From: Spirochaetota bacterium
GTDB lineage: Bacteria; Spirochaetota; UBA4802; UBA5550
Reading direction: 5' to 3'
Length of the DNA stretch: 64,000 nucleotides
NCBI GenBank assembly: GCA_963664815.2
Contig: CAXXHB010000002.1
Coordinates: 778,421 to 842,420 of the forward strand
Numbering within the stretch: the first letter of the stretch is position 1; each line of letters starts with the position of its first letter. Below are positions 30,527 through 40,556 of the stretch, one piece after another. A program made the translations under genes and the position numbers. The notes beneath the pieces were generated by a model. The model was not told the origin of the DNA and ran no database searches. It saw only the letters and a program-made list of their open reading frames with translations.

Positions 30527-33112
30527 TTATTGCAAAAGCTCATCACCAATGTTATTGATAATAGAATCTTTTTTATTATTTTTTATATTATTTAATATTT
30601 TCTGTTTCTGATCTTTCATTATATTTTCGTCTGGTGTTTTTGATGACATCTTAAAGTTTGCATTTTGATTTGAACAGACGTCACAAATTTTGTCAGGTAA
30701 AAATTCTGGGATAAATACTTCGGTAATTGTATTTTTACAGCTTGGCCCTGGGAGCATGCCAGAGTTTGCACACACGATAATATCTTTTAATTGGGCATAT
30801 ACTGGAAACCCTGAAACAGGATCGTGCCTGAGAGCTTCTCTCATGTAATTACCCCATACTGGTGCTGCGATACCTGCTGCTGCCTGGCCTACTCCAAGTG
30901 ACATGCCGAGTTTATCGTAACCAATCCATAATCCGGTTGCGAGATCGGGGGTGAAACCAATAAACCATGCATCCTTCCAGTTGTTTGTTGTTCCGGTTTT
31001 ACCGGCTGCCGGCCTTCCGGGATATGCCGCTCTCGCTGTACCGGCTGAGATTACGCTCTGCATAAGGCTGATCATTACCTGGGCAGTATCGGGGCGAATA
31101 ACCTGAATAGTGCCTTTTTTAGTCTTTTCAGCGATTATATCATTTATCTCTTTTTCCTTATTCTCAATTATTTCACCATTGCGGTTCTTAATGTACCTGA
31201 TTGCAAACGGTATCACATCTTTACCGCCATTGGCAATGATTGAATAGGCTCTTGTCATTTCAAAAGGACTTACTTCAATTGATCCGAGGGCAATTGATAG
31301 ATTGCGTGGGATTCTAGCTTTTTTCTCGGCGTCATTCATTTTAAGAAGTTTGGCGTAATAGTTTATTACCATATCCATTCCTATTGTATCAGCAATTCTT
31401 ATAGATACAACATTGATAGATTTTTCAAGGGCTTTGCGAAGTCTGATAAATCCATTGTATTCTCCTTCATAATTTTCAGGAAGCCAGTCCCCTCCCTCAG
31501 TATCGAGATAAACAATTGGTGAGTCGAGAACACTTGTAGCGGCTGTAAATTTTCCTGATTCTATTGCAGCAGAATACAGAAGAGGTTTAATGGAGGAACC
31601 AGGCTGCCTTTTTGACTGCATAGTTCTATTTAGCTGGTTAATGCTTGAGAATTCACCTCCACCAATCATTGCTTCAATATAACCGTTATGATGATTAATG
31701 GAGATAATGCATCCTTCTACACGCTGTAGTTCGCGATCATCAGTATATGTACTTTTATATTTATCAAGAAAATCTGATATTGTAGTAAGCCCTGCCAGAA
31801 AATTTAATCCTTCCAGTTCTTCAACAACCTCGCTTCGAAGAAGATTATTGAGTTTATTATTTTCAGCTGATCCTTTTTTCGTGAATGAATTAATATTGAA
31901 TAAATATGAAGCAAGCAGTATCTCATCAGAAAAGTTAGATACCATGTATTCTTCATTGTTGAAAGAAAGTCCGCCGGAAACAACACTCTGTATGTCGAGG
32001 GCCTTTTTAAGAATTCTCTGTCCAGCCATCTGCTTGTTAACATCGAGTGTAGTATAAACAGAGAGTCCACCGGTAAAAACCATTTCTTCTCCATATTTTT
32101 TAACAAGTTCTCTCCTTATATATTCGGTGAACCATGGAGCGTTGTCAATTCTTGTGCTCCATGTTGTTAATGTAGGAGGAATATCACCTATAAAGTTAAG
32201 GTAATCAGGCCAGAATCCTAGAAAAGCTTTTTCTGCTTCATCAACAGTGATGTATCCCATCTCTACCATCTTTCCGAGTATGATTTTATGCCGAGAAATC
32301 GAAATTTTAGGATGTCTTATCGGTGATAGCATGTTTGGTGACGAAGGAAGTGTTGCAAGCAATGCACACTCTGCAAGGTTAAGTTCCCAGACATTCTTCT
32401 GAAAATATATCTTTGAGGCGGATTGTACACCATATGCGCCATGCCCCAGGAATATCTGGTTAAGATAGAGGTTTAGAATTTCGTTCTTTGAATACTTGGC
32501 TTCAATCATAATTGCAATAAAAGCTTCTTTAATTTTTCTATATATACTTCTTTCCCTGGAGGTAAGAAGTATTTTTGCAAGTTGCTGGGTTATGGTGCTG
32601 CCACCCTGTTTTACACCTCCTGCAAAAATGTTTACAAAAAACGCTCTTATTATTCCCTTTGGATTAATTCCCCAATGGTCATAGAATTCGTTGTCTTCAA
32701 TAGCAACAAATGCATTAATAAGATTTTTAGGGATCTTTTCGTAAGGGACAATCTCTCTTTTCTCAGTAAAAAATTCGGAGATCAGTACCCCGTTTTTATC
32801 ATAAATCCGTGTTGTAATATCTGGCTGATATGTTGCAAGGTTTTGAACTTTGTTAAAGTCTATAATAAGTATTATTATAAATGCAAAGATTAAACCTGCA
32901 ACAAGGCCTGTAACAATGGTCCGGTAATTTCTGATTAAATCAGGGATATTGGATATGATACTTTTCAGAATGATTATTATACTTGTGATAATGTTATCAG
33001 CTCTCTCAGCATTAATATTTTTTCTGATGTTGAATTTATTTGATATGGATGGAATGGAGATTTTATTACTGCCATTACCTCCTCCAAATGTTTTTCCGCT
33101 ATATTTTGCCAT
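30527..33112 (-). CDS. Class A penicillin-binding protein (PBP1A family)
   Basis: Transglycosylase EDNEFYDHWG, GGSTITQQLAK, RKIKE; transpeptidase GSSIK, SIN, KTGT. Confidence 0.93.
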   Translation of the reverse strand: MAKYSGKTFGGGNGSNKISIPSISNKFNIRKNINAERADNIITSIIIILKSIISNIPDLIRNYRTIVTGLVAGLIFAFIIILIIDFNKVQNLATYQPDITTRIYDKNGVLISEFFTEKREIVPYEKIPKNLINAFVAIEDNEFYDHWGINPKGIIRAFFVNIFAGGVKQGGSTITQQLAKILLTSRERSIYRKIKEAFIAIMIEAKYSKNEILNLYLNQIFLGHGAYGVQSASKIYFQKNVWELNLAECALLATLPSSPNMLSPIRHPKISISRHKIILGKMVEMGYITVDEAEKAFLGFWPDYLNFIGDIPPTLTTWSTRIDNAPWFTEYIRRELVKKYGEEMVFTGGLSVYTTLDVNKQMAGQRILKKALDIQSVVSGGLSFNNEEYMVSNFSDEILLASYLFNINSFTKKGSAENNKLNNLLRSEVVEELEGLNFLAGLTTISDFLDKYKSTYTDDRELQRVEGCIISINHHNGYIEAMIGGGEFSSINQLNRTMQSKRQPGSSIKPLLYSAAIESGKFTAATSVLDSPIVYLDTEGGDWLPENYEGEYNGFIRLRKALEKSINVVSIRIADTIGMDMVINYYAKLLKMNDAEKKARIPRNLSIALGSIEVSPFEMTRAYSIIANGGKDVIPFAIRYIKNRNGEIIENKEKEINDIIAEKTKKGTIQVIRPDTAQVMISLMQSVISAGTARAAYPGRPAAGKTGTTNNWKDAWFIGFTPDLATGLWIGYDKLGMSLGVGQAAAGIAAPVWGNYMREALRHDPVSGFPVYAQLKDIIVCANSGMLPGPSCKNTITEVFIPEFLPDKICDVCSNQNANFKMSSKTPDENIMKDQKQKILNNIKNNKKDSIINNIGDELLQ

Positions 33113-33455
33113 AATTTAGTGACCTTAAATTCAGTATTCATACCTGAAGTGTTTAATTATAAACAATAAATGATATATATTTCCATGCTGTCTATGAAAG
33201 CAGGGGAATACTTGGCATATTTACAGGTTATATTGTTGTTATGATTCAATAGATGTTGATTGTTAAACTCATAATCAGCCAGTACAAATATTTTTTTAAA
33301 AAAAATGAAAAAAATAGATATTTAATAATATTGACATGATAAATTGAATTATATTGCTTTAATCGTATATAAACGCTTTTAAACAGATGTAAATCAAATC
33401 CTGTAATTTTTTCTAAAGACCGACTTAAATTATGAAAAGGGAAATTTTTAATGCT

Positions 33456-33489
33456 GTCAAGGATGACTGCGTTTAAATTCAAGGAGGAA
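33456..33489 (+). promoter_or_regulatory. CsrA-type binding sites in the flaB leader
   Basis: Hairpin GTCA-AGGA-TGAC with GGA in the loop; second GGA within the RBS AAGGAGGAA. Confidence 0.7.
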
Positions 33490-33493
33490 TAAA

Positions 33494-34342
33494 ATGATAA
33501 TAAATCACAACATCGCTGCTATTTTCTCTCATAGAACTTTAAAGTTCCATGATTGGAGTATGACAAAAGATATCGAAAAACTCTCATCAGGTATGCGTAT
33601 AAATAAAGCAGGTGATGATGCTTCAGGCCTCGCTGTCTCTGAAAAAATGAGATCTCAGATACAGGGTTTAAGGCAGGCGGAAAGAAATACTGAAGATGGC
33701 ATGTCTCTGATTCAGACAGCTGAAGGTTATCTGACAGAAACACATGAGATTCTTCAGAGAATCAGGGTTCTGGCCGTACAATCAGCAAACGGAACTTATA
33801 CTGACGAAGACAGACAGCTTATTCAGATTGAGGTTTCAGAACTTGTTGATGAAATCGACAGGATTGCATCACAGGCTGAGTTTAACAAAATGAAACTCCT
33901 GACAGGCTCTTTTGCAAGACTGCATCCTACTGCGTCTATGTGGTTTCATATGGGACCGAATATGCATCAGAGAGAGAGAGTTTTCATCGAAACAATGACA
34001 ACTGCAGCACTTGGACTTCGTAACCCGACAGTTCTCACATTTATATCACTTTCAACACCGGGTAAAGCAAATTCTGTAATAGGACTTGCTGACGAAGCAT
34101 TACGAATTGTTTCAAAACAGAGAGCTGATCTTGGAGCTTACTATAACAGGCTTGAACATTCTGCTAAAGGTCTTATGAATGCTTATGAAAATACACAGGC
34201 GTCTGAAAGCCGTATAAGAGATACAGATATGGCAGAGCAGATGTCATCTTTTACAAGGTATCAGATTTTAACACAGGCTGCGACTTCAATGCTTGCCCAG
34301 GCAAATGCAAAATCACAGTCTGTACTGCAATTACTTAAGTGA
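33494..34342 (+). CDS. flaB: Periplasmic flagellar filament core protein FlaB
   Basis: [59 protein letters not shown]; short spirochaete-type variable region. Confidence 0.96.
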   Translation: MIINHNIAAIFSHRTLKFHDWSMTKDIEKLSSGMRINKAGDDASGLAVSEKMRSQIQGLRQAERNTEDGMSLIQTAEGYLTETHEILQRIRVLAVQSANGTYTDEDRQLIQIEVSELVDEIDRIASQAEFNKMKLLTGSFARLHPTASMWFHMGPNMHQRERVFIETMTTAALGLRNPTVLTFISLSTPGKANSVIGLADEALRIVSKQRADLGAYYNRLEHSAKGLMNAYENTQASESRIRDTDMAEQMSSFTRYQILTQAATSMLAQANAKSQSVLQLLK

Positions 34343-34371
34343 TATACTGAGCTAACATCGCAATACCATTC

Positions 34372-34403
34372 AAGACGCCGGACTCTCCCATCCGGCGTTT
34401 TTT
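34372..34403 (+). terminator. Intrinsic terminator of flaB
   Basis: GACGCCGGA-CTCTCCCA-TCCGGCGTT followed by TTTT. Confidence 0.85.
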
Positions 34404-34574
34404 AATTAATATACAGCTCCCACCTCATTGTGGCCGCTTAATATTACCATTTATGAATATTTGTGTAGTTTATAGTAACCATATTTCAAAGAGCAATGAA
34501 CATAAAATTGTTGACTAATGTTTTATATTTTTCCTGTTCCATTTATGGGAAAGGGCTAAGGTGAAAACATTCAG

Positions 34575-35306
34575 TTAAACAAAAAGTCGATTAACAAACT
34601 CTGCAAAACAATTAAATCCTCCTCTATTCAATGCTTCGATAAGTGCAGTTCCAATAATGAATCCGTCACTAAACTCTTTTGCCTTTGCCGCTGATTCTTT
34701 TGACTTGATTCCAAAACCGGTTACAACAGGAACTTTTGATTTACTTCTGGCGAAATGGATTTTTTTCTTTGTTTCTTCATCTAGATTAAAATTTGAACCG
34801 GTTATGCCTCTCATTGAAATAAAATAAATAAAGTTTTCAGAGATATTTGCAGTTTCCTCAATAGATTCGAGTGGACTTTCCGGAGTCATGAAATTCACAA
34901 GCTTAATTCTTTCATCGAGTCCCATCGGCGCGAAGAAATTTTTTTCGCAAAATGGAACATCAGGGAGGATAAGACCTTTTATATTGTTATCAATACAGAA
35001 AGTATTGAATAAAGGCATTTCCATATTATAAATAAGATTAGCATAAGTCATCAGATAGATGTCTTTCTCTGCCGGGATATTTTTTCTTATGTGTTTTATA
35101 CTTTCAGCAATATCCGTGAAAGTACAGTTCTGATTAAGAAGGTACTGTGCTGCATCAGCAATTACATCGCCATCTGCTATAGGATCACTGAAGGGTATTC
35201 CAACTTCAATAAAATCAAAATATTCAAGGCCTTTTACGGCAGATTCAATGAATGTATCTTTATCGGGATAGTTTCCCATTAGATAGAATCCGTTATATTT
35301 TTTCAT
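34575..35306 (-). CDS. trpA: Tryptophan synthase alpha chain
   Basis: [36 protein letters not shown]. Confidence 0.93.
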   Translation of the reverse strand: MKKYNGFYLMGNYPDKDTFIESAVKGLEYFDFIEVGIPFSDPIADGDVIADAAQYLLNQNCTFTDIAESIKHIRKNIPAEKDIYLMTYANLIYNMEMPLFNTFCIDNNIKGLILPDVPFCEKNFFAPMGLDERIKLVNFMTPESPLESIEETANISENFIYFISMRGITGSNFNLDEETKKKIHFARSKSKVPVVTGFGIKSKESAAKAKEFSDGFIIGTALIEALNRGGFNCFAEFVNRLFV

Positions 35307-36484
35307 AGTCCGAGTTCCTCCTCAATAATAGGCATATCCTTGTCGCCCCTTCCAGAAAGGTTTAATAGTATGTTTTTCCCCCTGTATTTCTCAGCATTAG
35401 TCAGCAGGTAGCCAAGTGCGTGACTGCTTTCAAGAGCTGGGATTATTCCTTCATTGAGACATAGTTCCTTAAATGCACTAAGAGCCTCAGAGTCACTGCA
35501 TGTTGCGTAATATACAGTTCCATTTTCATGAAAATGGCTGTGTTCAGGTCCTACGGCAGGATAGTCAAGTCCCGCTGAAACAGAGTGTACAGGCATCACG
35601 TTTCCTTTTTTTGTCTGCAGCAGGTACGTGTGGTTTCCATGAATGATTCCCGGCCTTCCGTAGTTAAGTTTTGCCGAATGGTCACCATCATTTGATGAAC
35701 GACCTCCTGCCTCAACTCCAATGAGTTTAACACCCGGAACATTTATGTAATTTGCAAAGATTCCTGCTGCGTTGCTGCCACCTCCGACGCAGGCAATTAC
35801 ATAATCAGGATCACATCCGGCAGTATCTCTGAATTGCGGAATGGCTTCTTCACTTATTACGGATTGGAAATTTCTTACCATCATAGGGAAAGGATGAGCT
35901 CCAACAACTGAACCGAGAATATAGTGCGTTGTTTGCACAGTACGAACCCAGTCTTTCATTGCAGCATTTATTGCATCTTTTAAGGTTTTACTGCCTGTTT
36001 CGACTGGTGTCACTTTTGCGCCAAGAAGCTTCATTCTTTTAACATTGGGTGATTGACGAGCAACATCCACACTCCCCATAAATACTTCACATTCCAGGCC
36101 AAGTAGTGCGGCAGATGTAGCAGTTGCAACTCCATGCTGACCTGCACCGGTTTCTGCTATAACACGGGGTTTACCCATATATTTTGCAAGAAGACCCTGT
36201 CCAAGTGCATTGTTAAGCTTGTGTGAGCCTGTATGCACGAGGTCTTCACGTTTTAAGTATATGTTAATATCATATTTTGCGGATAGTCTTTTTGCATAAT
36301 ATACCGGTGTTGGCCTCCCTGCATAGGTTTTCAAAAGGGATTCATAATTTTTTTGTTCCAGTGTATCATTCATAAATGATGTATAACTAATTTCAATATT
36401 TCTTAGCGCATTTATCAGGGTCTCAGGAACAAAACGTCCTCCATATTTCCCGAAGTACCCTTTTGTATCAGGTATTGATGTCAT
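35303..36484 (-). CDS. trpB: Tryptophan synthase beta chain
   Basis: [47 protein letters not shown]. Confidence 0.97.
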   Translation of the reverse strand: MTSIPDTKGYFGKYGGRFVPETLINALRNIEISYTSFMNDTLEQKNYESLLKTYAGRPTPVYYAKRLSAKYDINIYLKREDLVHTGSHKLNNALGQGLLAKYMGKPRVIAETGAGQHGVATATSAALLGLECEVFMGSVDVARQSPNVKRMKLLGAKVTPVETGSKTLKDAINAAMKDWVRTVQTTHYILGSVVGAHPFPMMVRNFQSVISEEAIPQFRDTAGCDPDYVIACVGGGSNAAGIFANYINVPGVKLIGVEAGGRSSNDGDHSAKLNYGRPGIIHGNHTYLLQTKKGNVMPVHSVSAGLDYPAVGPEHSHFHENGTVYYATCSDSEALSAFKELCLNEGIIPALESSHALGYLLTNAEKYRGKNILLNLSGRGDKDMPIIEEELGL

Positions 36485-37094
36485 ATTCAGCCTCCTTAAT
36501 AAACTGTAGTATTTTTAATATTTTTTCTTTAGATTTTATACCTTCAGAAATTTCAATTCCTGAAGAGATGTCTATTCCGGCGGGTTTCATATTAATAATA
36601 ATGGGCTTTATGTTATCAATGTTTATCCCTCCAGCGATAATCATTTTATTTTTAAAAGGATAATCTCTGATTAAGTCATGGTTGAAACATTTCCCTGTAC
36701 CTCCATATGATACAGCAGAATATGTATCGAATAGAACAAATCCTCCGGGATGAGGTATCGGTAATTCTCCTTTATCTTGCGAGCCTATACGAACACATTC
36801 AATCACAGGTATCGTTGAAGCAAGCTGGTGTGCAGTTTTTTTATCGTAAACCTGTATCATGTCAAGATTAACTTCTTCTACAATTTTCATAATTGATACA
36901 GGGTCGTCATCGACAAATACACCGGTTGATTTAATATTACTCCCATTTAACATGGAACTCATCTTTTTTGCATGGTTTGGTTTTACATAACGTTTGGATT
37001 TTTTATAAAAAATGAAACCGACTGATGCTATCGGGAGGCTTTGTATTATTTCTATATCGTATGGATTTGTAAATCCGCATAGTTTAACAAACAT
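36468..37094 (-). CDS. trpF: Phosphoribosylanthranilate isomerase
   Basis: [37 protein letters not shown]. Confidence 0.92.
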   Translation of the reverse strand: MFVKLCGFTNPYDIEIIQSLPIASVGFIFYKKSKRYVKPNHAKKMSSMLNGSNIKSTGVFVDDDPVSIMKIVEEVNLDMIQVYDKKTAHQLASTIPVIECVRIGSQDKGELPIPHPGGFVLFDTYSAVSYGGTGKCFNHDLIRDYPFKNKMIIAGGINIDNIKPIIINMKPAGIDISSGIEISEGIKSKEKILKILQFIKEAEYDINT

Positions 37095-37851
37095 TTTTAA
37101 ACTTCCTTATCATTTCTTCCGGATCAATGCTTCGCATCAGAGATGATCCTATGAGGAAATTGTTAACCCCGCATTCATCCATAATATATGAAATATCATT
37201 CCTTGAATTGATTCCGCTTGCACTGATTGTGGTAACTCCTGCCGGAATTTTTTTTAGAGTATTAATCCCTGTCCTGATGTTTATCTCAAGAGTTTCAAGA
37301 TTTCTCATATTAACAAGTATGAATTCCGGATTGAGAGGCATTATATTTTCAATTTCATTTTCCTCATGAATTTCAACAAGTGGAGTCATTCCAAAATATT
37401 TTATTTTATTATAGAGATTTTTCAGGGATTTCTGCTCAATAATTTTCGCAATCAGAAGTACCATATCCGCACCGCAGAGGTATGCAGCCTCTATTTGCTC
37501 TTCAAAGTATATAAAATCTTTACACAGAACAGGCTTACTGCATAATGAAGCAACTGAATGAAGATGGTCATATGATCCATTAAAATATATTTTTTCAGTA
37601 AGTACACTCACTGCCGAAGCTCCACCTTTAAGATAGCGGATGATAAGACTTTTGTAATCCGTCTCTCCTGAAAGATTGCCTGCTGATGGAGATGAATGTT
37701 TCAATTCAGCAATAATATTTATTTCATCGATAAATGCATTATTTATTGGAGTAAGTGGACGGTTACGGATTTTTATTTTTTCTATGATGGCTTTCATTTC
37801 AGGGATCTCTCCAGATTTGATATTCATCATCTCGTTTAGTCTGAATTTCAT
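37084..37851 (-). CDS. trpC: Indole-3-glycerol phosphate synthase
   Basis: IAELKHSSPSAG, SVLTE, PVLCKDF, NMRNLET. Confidence 0.93.
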   Translation of the reverse strand: MKFRLNEMMNIKSGEIPEMKAIIEKIKIRNRPLTPINNAFIDEINIIAELKHSSPSAGNLSGETDYKSLIIRYLKGGASAVSVLTEKIYFNGSYDHLHSVASLCSKPVLCKDFIYFEEQIEAAYLCGADMVLLIAKIIEQKSLKNLYNKIKYFGMTPLVEIHEENEIENIMPLNPEFILVNMRNLETLEINIRTGINTLKKIPAGVTTISASGINSRNDISYIMDECGVNNFLIGSSLMRSIDPEEMIRKFKNVC

Positions 37852-38897
37852 CAGATATCTCCCCTAAGCTCTTTTAATTTTATATGAACAGTACCATCCA
37901 TGATTGCATCTAGTGATTTCTTATATGAGTCACGTATACTGTTGTTTTTGTCGTATGCATAAAATGAAAGCGCTGAGTTAAGTGCGAGGAGCTTGGCAAG
38001 AGGTGTTGACCTGCCTGAGCTTATAGTATCAATGAAGAGAAGACCGTTTTGATCGGGAGAAAGATGTGAAGGAATTAACCTTGATTCTTCTTTAGAGATA
38101 TATTCACATGGTCTGATAATAAATTTACTAATTATACTATTTTGGATTTCATATACAATTGTATCAGCTATAGGGGAAACTTCATCCATACCGTCAAGAG
38201 AGGAATAAATTAGACATCGTTCAAATGACAGTGCAAGAGCTGTTTCTGCATATAAAGGAAGAAGCTCGGGGCTAAAAAAACCTATAGCCTGCTTTTTTGT
38301 TCCGGCAGGATTTGTTAACGGACCGAGATAGTTGAAGATAGTCCTTACTGCTAATTTTTTTCTTACCGGTACTGCATATTTCATTGCCGGGTGATAATTC
38401 GGAGCAGCCATAAATACAAACAGGTTTTTTCTGAAATAGTCTACTGCATCATTGCCTGTCAAGTTTACTGGTATTCCTATGCTTTCATAAAAATCTGTAG
38501 AACCACTTCTCCCGCTGACGGATCTGTTCCCATGTTTTGCAATTGGTATTCCAAGTGATGAAAGAATTATTGCAACTGAGGATGAAATGTTGAAGGATCC
38601 GGAATTATCACCCCCTGTACCACAGGTATCGAATATATCGGTATTTCCTAATTCTATATGGCTGCAGAATTTTCTCATTGATTTTGCAGCTCCGGATATT
38701 TCTTCAGGTTTTTCACCACGAAGTTTCATAGCCATAAGCATACCAGTTAATTCAATCTCCGACATTCTGCCAGAGAAGAGATGCTCAAATAATATTTCAC
38801 TCTCGGTTGAGGTGATAGTGTTGCCATTGAAGACGGAGTTAAGCATAATGTTTATTGAATTATCATCAGTCTGATTTACTGTATTTTGATACGTCAT
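37851..38897 (-). CDS. trpD: Anthranilate phosphoribosyltransferase
   Basis: DTCGTGGD, KHGNRSVS, HPAMK, RTIFNYLGPLTNP, DGMDE; the second ATG (38897) is better spaced from the AGGAG RBS. Confidence 0.94.
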   Translation of the reverse strand: MTYQNTVNQTDDNSINIMLNSVFNGNTITSTESEILFEHLFSGRMSEIELTGMLMAMKLRGEKPEEISGAAKSMRKFCSHIELGNTDIFDTCGTGGDNSGSFNISSSVAIILSSLGIPIAKHGNRSVSGRSGSTDFYESIGIPVNLTGNDAVDYFRKNLFVFMAAPNYHPAMKYAVPVRKKLAVRTIFNYLGPLTNPAGTKKQAIGFFSPELLPLYAETALALSFERCLIYSSLDGMDEVSPIADTIVYEIQNSIISKFIIRPCEYISKEESRLIPSHLSPDQNGLLFIDTISSGRSTPLAKLLALNSALSFYAYDKNNSIRDSYKKSLDAIMDGTVHIKLKELRGDI

Positions 38898-38924
38898 AGT
38901 CATCTCCTGGAATCTGTTTTAAAT

Positions 38925-38951
38925 AAAAAAACCGTAGTTAAATTCCACGGT
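38925..38951 (-). terminator. Second (distal) attenuator terminator of the trp leader
   Basis: ACCGTGG-AATTTAA-CTACGGT then TTTTTT on the minus strand. Confidence 0.7.
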
Positions 38952-38962
38952 CTCTATAAATT

Positions 38963-39022
38963 AAAAACCGCAGGGAGCAATTGGCCAGCCTGCGGGAAAA
39001 CTGTATTTATGAGCAGGCGGGC
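38963..39022 (-). terminator. trp attenuator: antiterminator/terminator
   Basis: Terminator CCGCAGG...CCTGCGG-TTTTT; the upstream GCCCGCCTGC can pair with GCAGGCTGGC in the terminator 5' arm. Confidence 0.85.
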
Positions 39023-39023
39023 A

Positions 39024-39092
39024 CTATATATTATGCCACCACCATATCATGCTGAAAACAGTAAAAAATGAAATTTGTTTGTTCTTTCTCAT
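39024..39092 (-). CDS. trpL: trp operon leader peptide (22 aa)
   Basis: MRKNKQISFFTVFSMIWWWHNI*; three tandem TGG codons immediately before the attenuator hairpins. Confidence 0.88.
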   Translation of the reverse strand: MRKNKQISFFTVFSMIWWWHNI

Positions 39093-39128
39093 GTTTCTAT
39101 ATATAGAAACATGAGAAACTGATGTCAA
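39085..39128 (-). promoter_or_regulatory. trp sigma70 promoter overlapped by a perfect 34-bp palindrome
   Basis: TTGACA(39128-39123)-N17-TATATA(39105-39100); palindrome TTTCTCATGTTTCTATA|TATAGAAACATGAGAAA at 39085-39118. Confidence 0.75.
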
Positions 39129-39345
39129 GATTTTTTTAAGATTTTTTTGTTTTTTTAAATTTATTTATGGCGATAAAAACCAGCTTTTAACTTTTATTAT
39201 TAAATGCTGGAATAAAACAGATCACATCACAGTACTAATCATAACCAGACTTTAAAATACGAAGAAATATTGTGAGGTTCACGAGATTAAATTGATATTT
39301 TTTTAAAATATTATAAAAAACATCCAGATATTGGATATGAAGATA

Positions 39346-40161
39346 TCAATGTGGAATGGATTTGATTTTAAACAGGTTTTTATCGTGGCTTAAAAGAGTA
39401 ATATTACCCATTTTTGCAATATCAGAATATTTAGGCATTCTCCCAGTTTGAATAATTGTACTTCTCCTCCCTCCCAGCCAGTCTTCAATAAATGGAAGAC
39501 TTCTGTGAGTCCAGTAAAATTGCTCGAAATATCTATCCTTAAAGACATTCCAGAATTCATCCGGCATATTTATCCAAAATTTTTTATGATGTATCGTTTC
39601 ATCTCCGGCAAGTATCACTTTACCTTCAGTTGTATTTACCTCAATAATCTGATGCCCCGGGCAGTGTCCTCCAGTATGAATCATTCTGATTCCTGGTTTC
39701 AATTCATACGTTCCATCCACCAGGTTTATTCTTGGAAGGCAGTTTAGCCAATGATGGGGTGTATAACCGGTTTCATCATGAAATTCAAGGTTTAAAAGCT
39801 CAGTAAAGTCTGAGATCTGTATGTGAAAAACAGCATTAGTAAAATACTTCATACCGCCGGTATGATCCCAATGAATATGAGTCATAATTACATTTTGTAT
39901 TTTTGATACGTCGTAGCCATGGTTTGCAATTGATTTTACTATTTCCTCATCGTCAGAACGGCTGCAGACCGAATCGAGTCCGAATAACTGGTTCTCATCA
40001 AAACCGGTGTCCACCACCACGGCATCACCCTCTTCATCAATAATCAGGAAAATGAAGCTGTGGATATTGAAATCGGCTGTTTTAACCTGTGGAAGTTCAC
40101 TGAAAGGGCCAAAGTTTACTGTTAAATTACCATTATATATCGGAATTATTTTATGGAACAT
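39346..40161 (-). CDS. Metallo-beta-lactamase-fold hydrolase (AHL-lactonase-like)
   Basis: VVDTG, HIHWDH, GHCPGHQ, AGD, terminal SHD. Confidence 0.82.
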   Translation of the reverse strand: MFHKIIPIYNGNLTVNFGPFSELPQVKTADFNIHSFIFLIIDEEGDAVVVDTGFDENQLFGLDSVCSRSDDEEIVKSIANHGYDVSKIQNVIMTHIHWDHTGGMKYFTNAVFHIQISDFTELLNLEFHDETGYTPHHWLNCLPRINLVDGTYELKPGIRMIHTGGHCPGHQIIEVNTTEGKVILAGDETIHHKKFWINMPDEFWNVFKDRYFEQFYWTHRSLPFIEDWLGGRRSTIIQTGRMPKYSDIAKMGNITLLSHDKNLFKIKSIPH

Positions 40162-40556
40162 TTTTTTCTCGTTATTATTAAAAATTCAGTTAGTCACAAT
40201 GGTTCAATTTTTTCATGAATTAAAAGGATATTGTCACTTATAAAGTCTGGAAAACTATACTCAATTACATGTTATTTATATGATTAAGTCCAATCATTAC
40301 TAAATTAATTGAAAATTTCAGAATGTTTTTTGTCAAGAATGATACATCCTTTTTTTAAGTGTACTGAAAATCAGACTATTTATTGAATTTTGTATGGATG
40401 AATTGCCCCTGGAAAACACTACGAAATAATGAAAGTATTTCTGAGAAAAAAGATAACTGTTCAGGCTATTTTTAAAGTAGAGATAAAAATTTTTCATTGA
40501 TTTTTGTAAAGTGATGATAAAAGTTGAGGCATTAATATTTAATAAAGAGGAATTGT

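Noticed and set aside
33394-33426. sigma28 promoter for flaB (ACCGACTT -10-like)
   Set aside because: No TAAA-like -35 at 15-16 nt spacing; cannot be supported
38886-39071. 61-aa plus-strand ORF from the ORF track
   Set aside because: Antisense shadow of the trp leader/attenuator; no RBS
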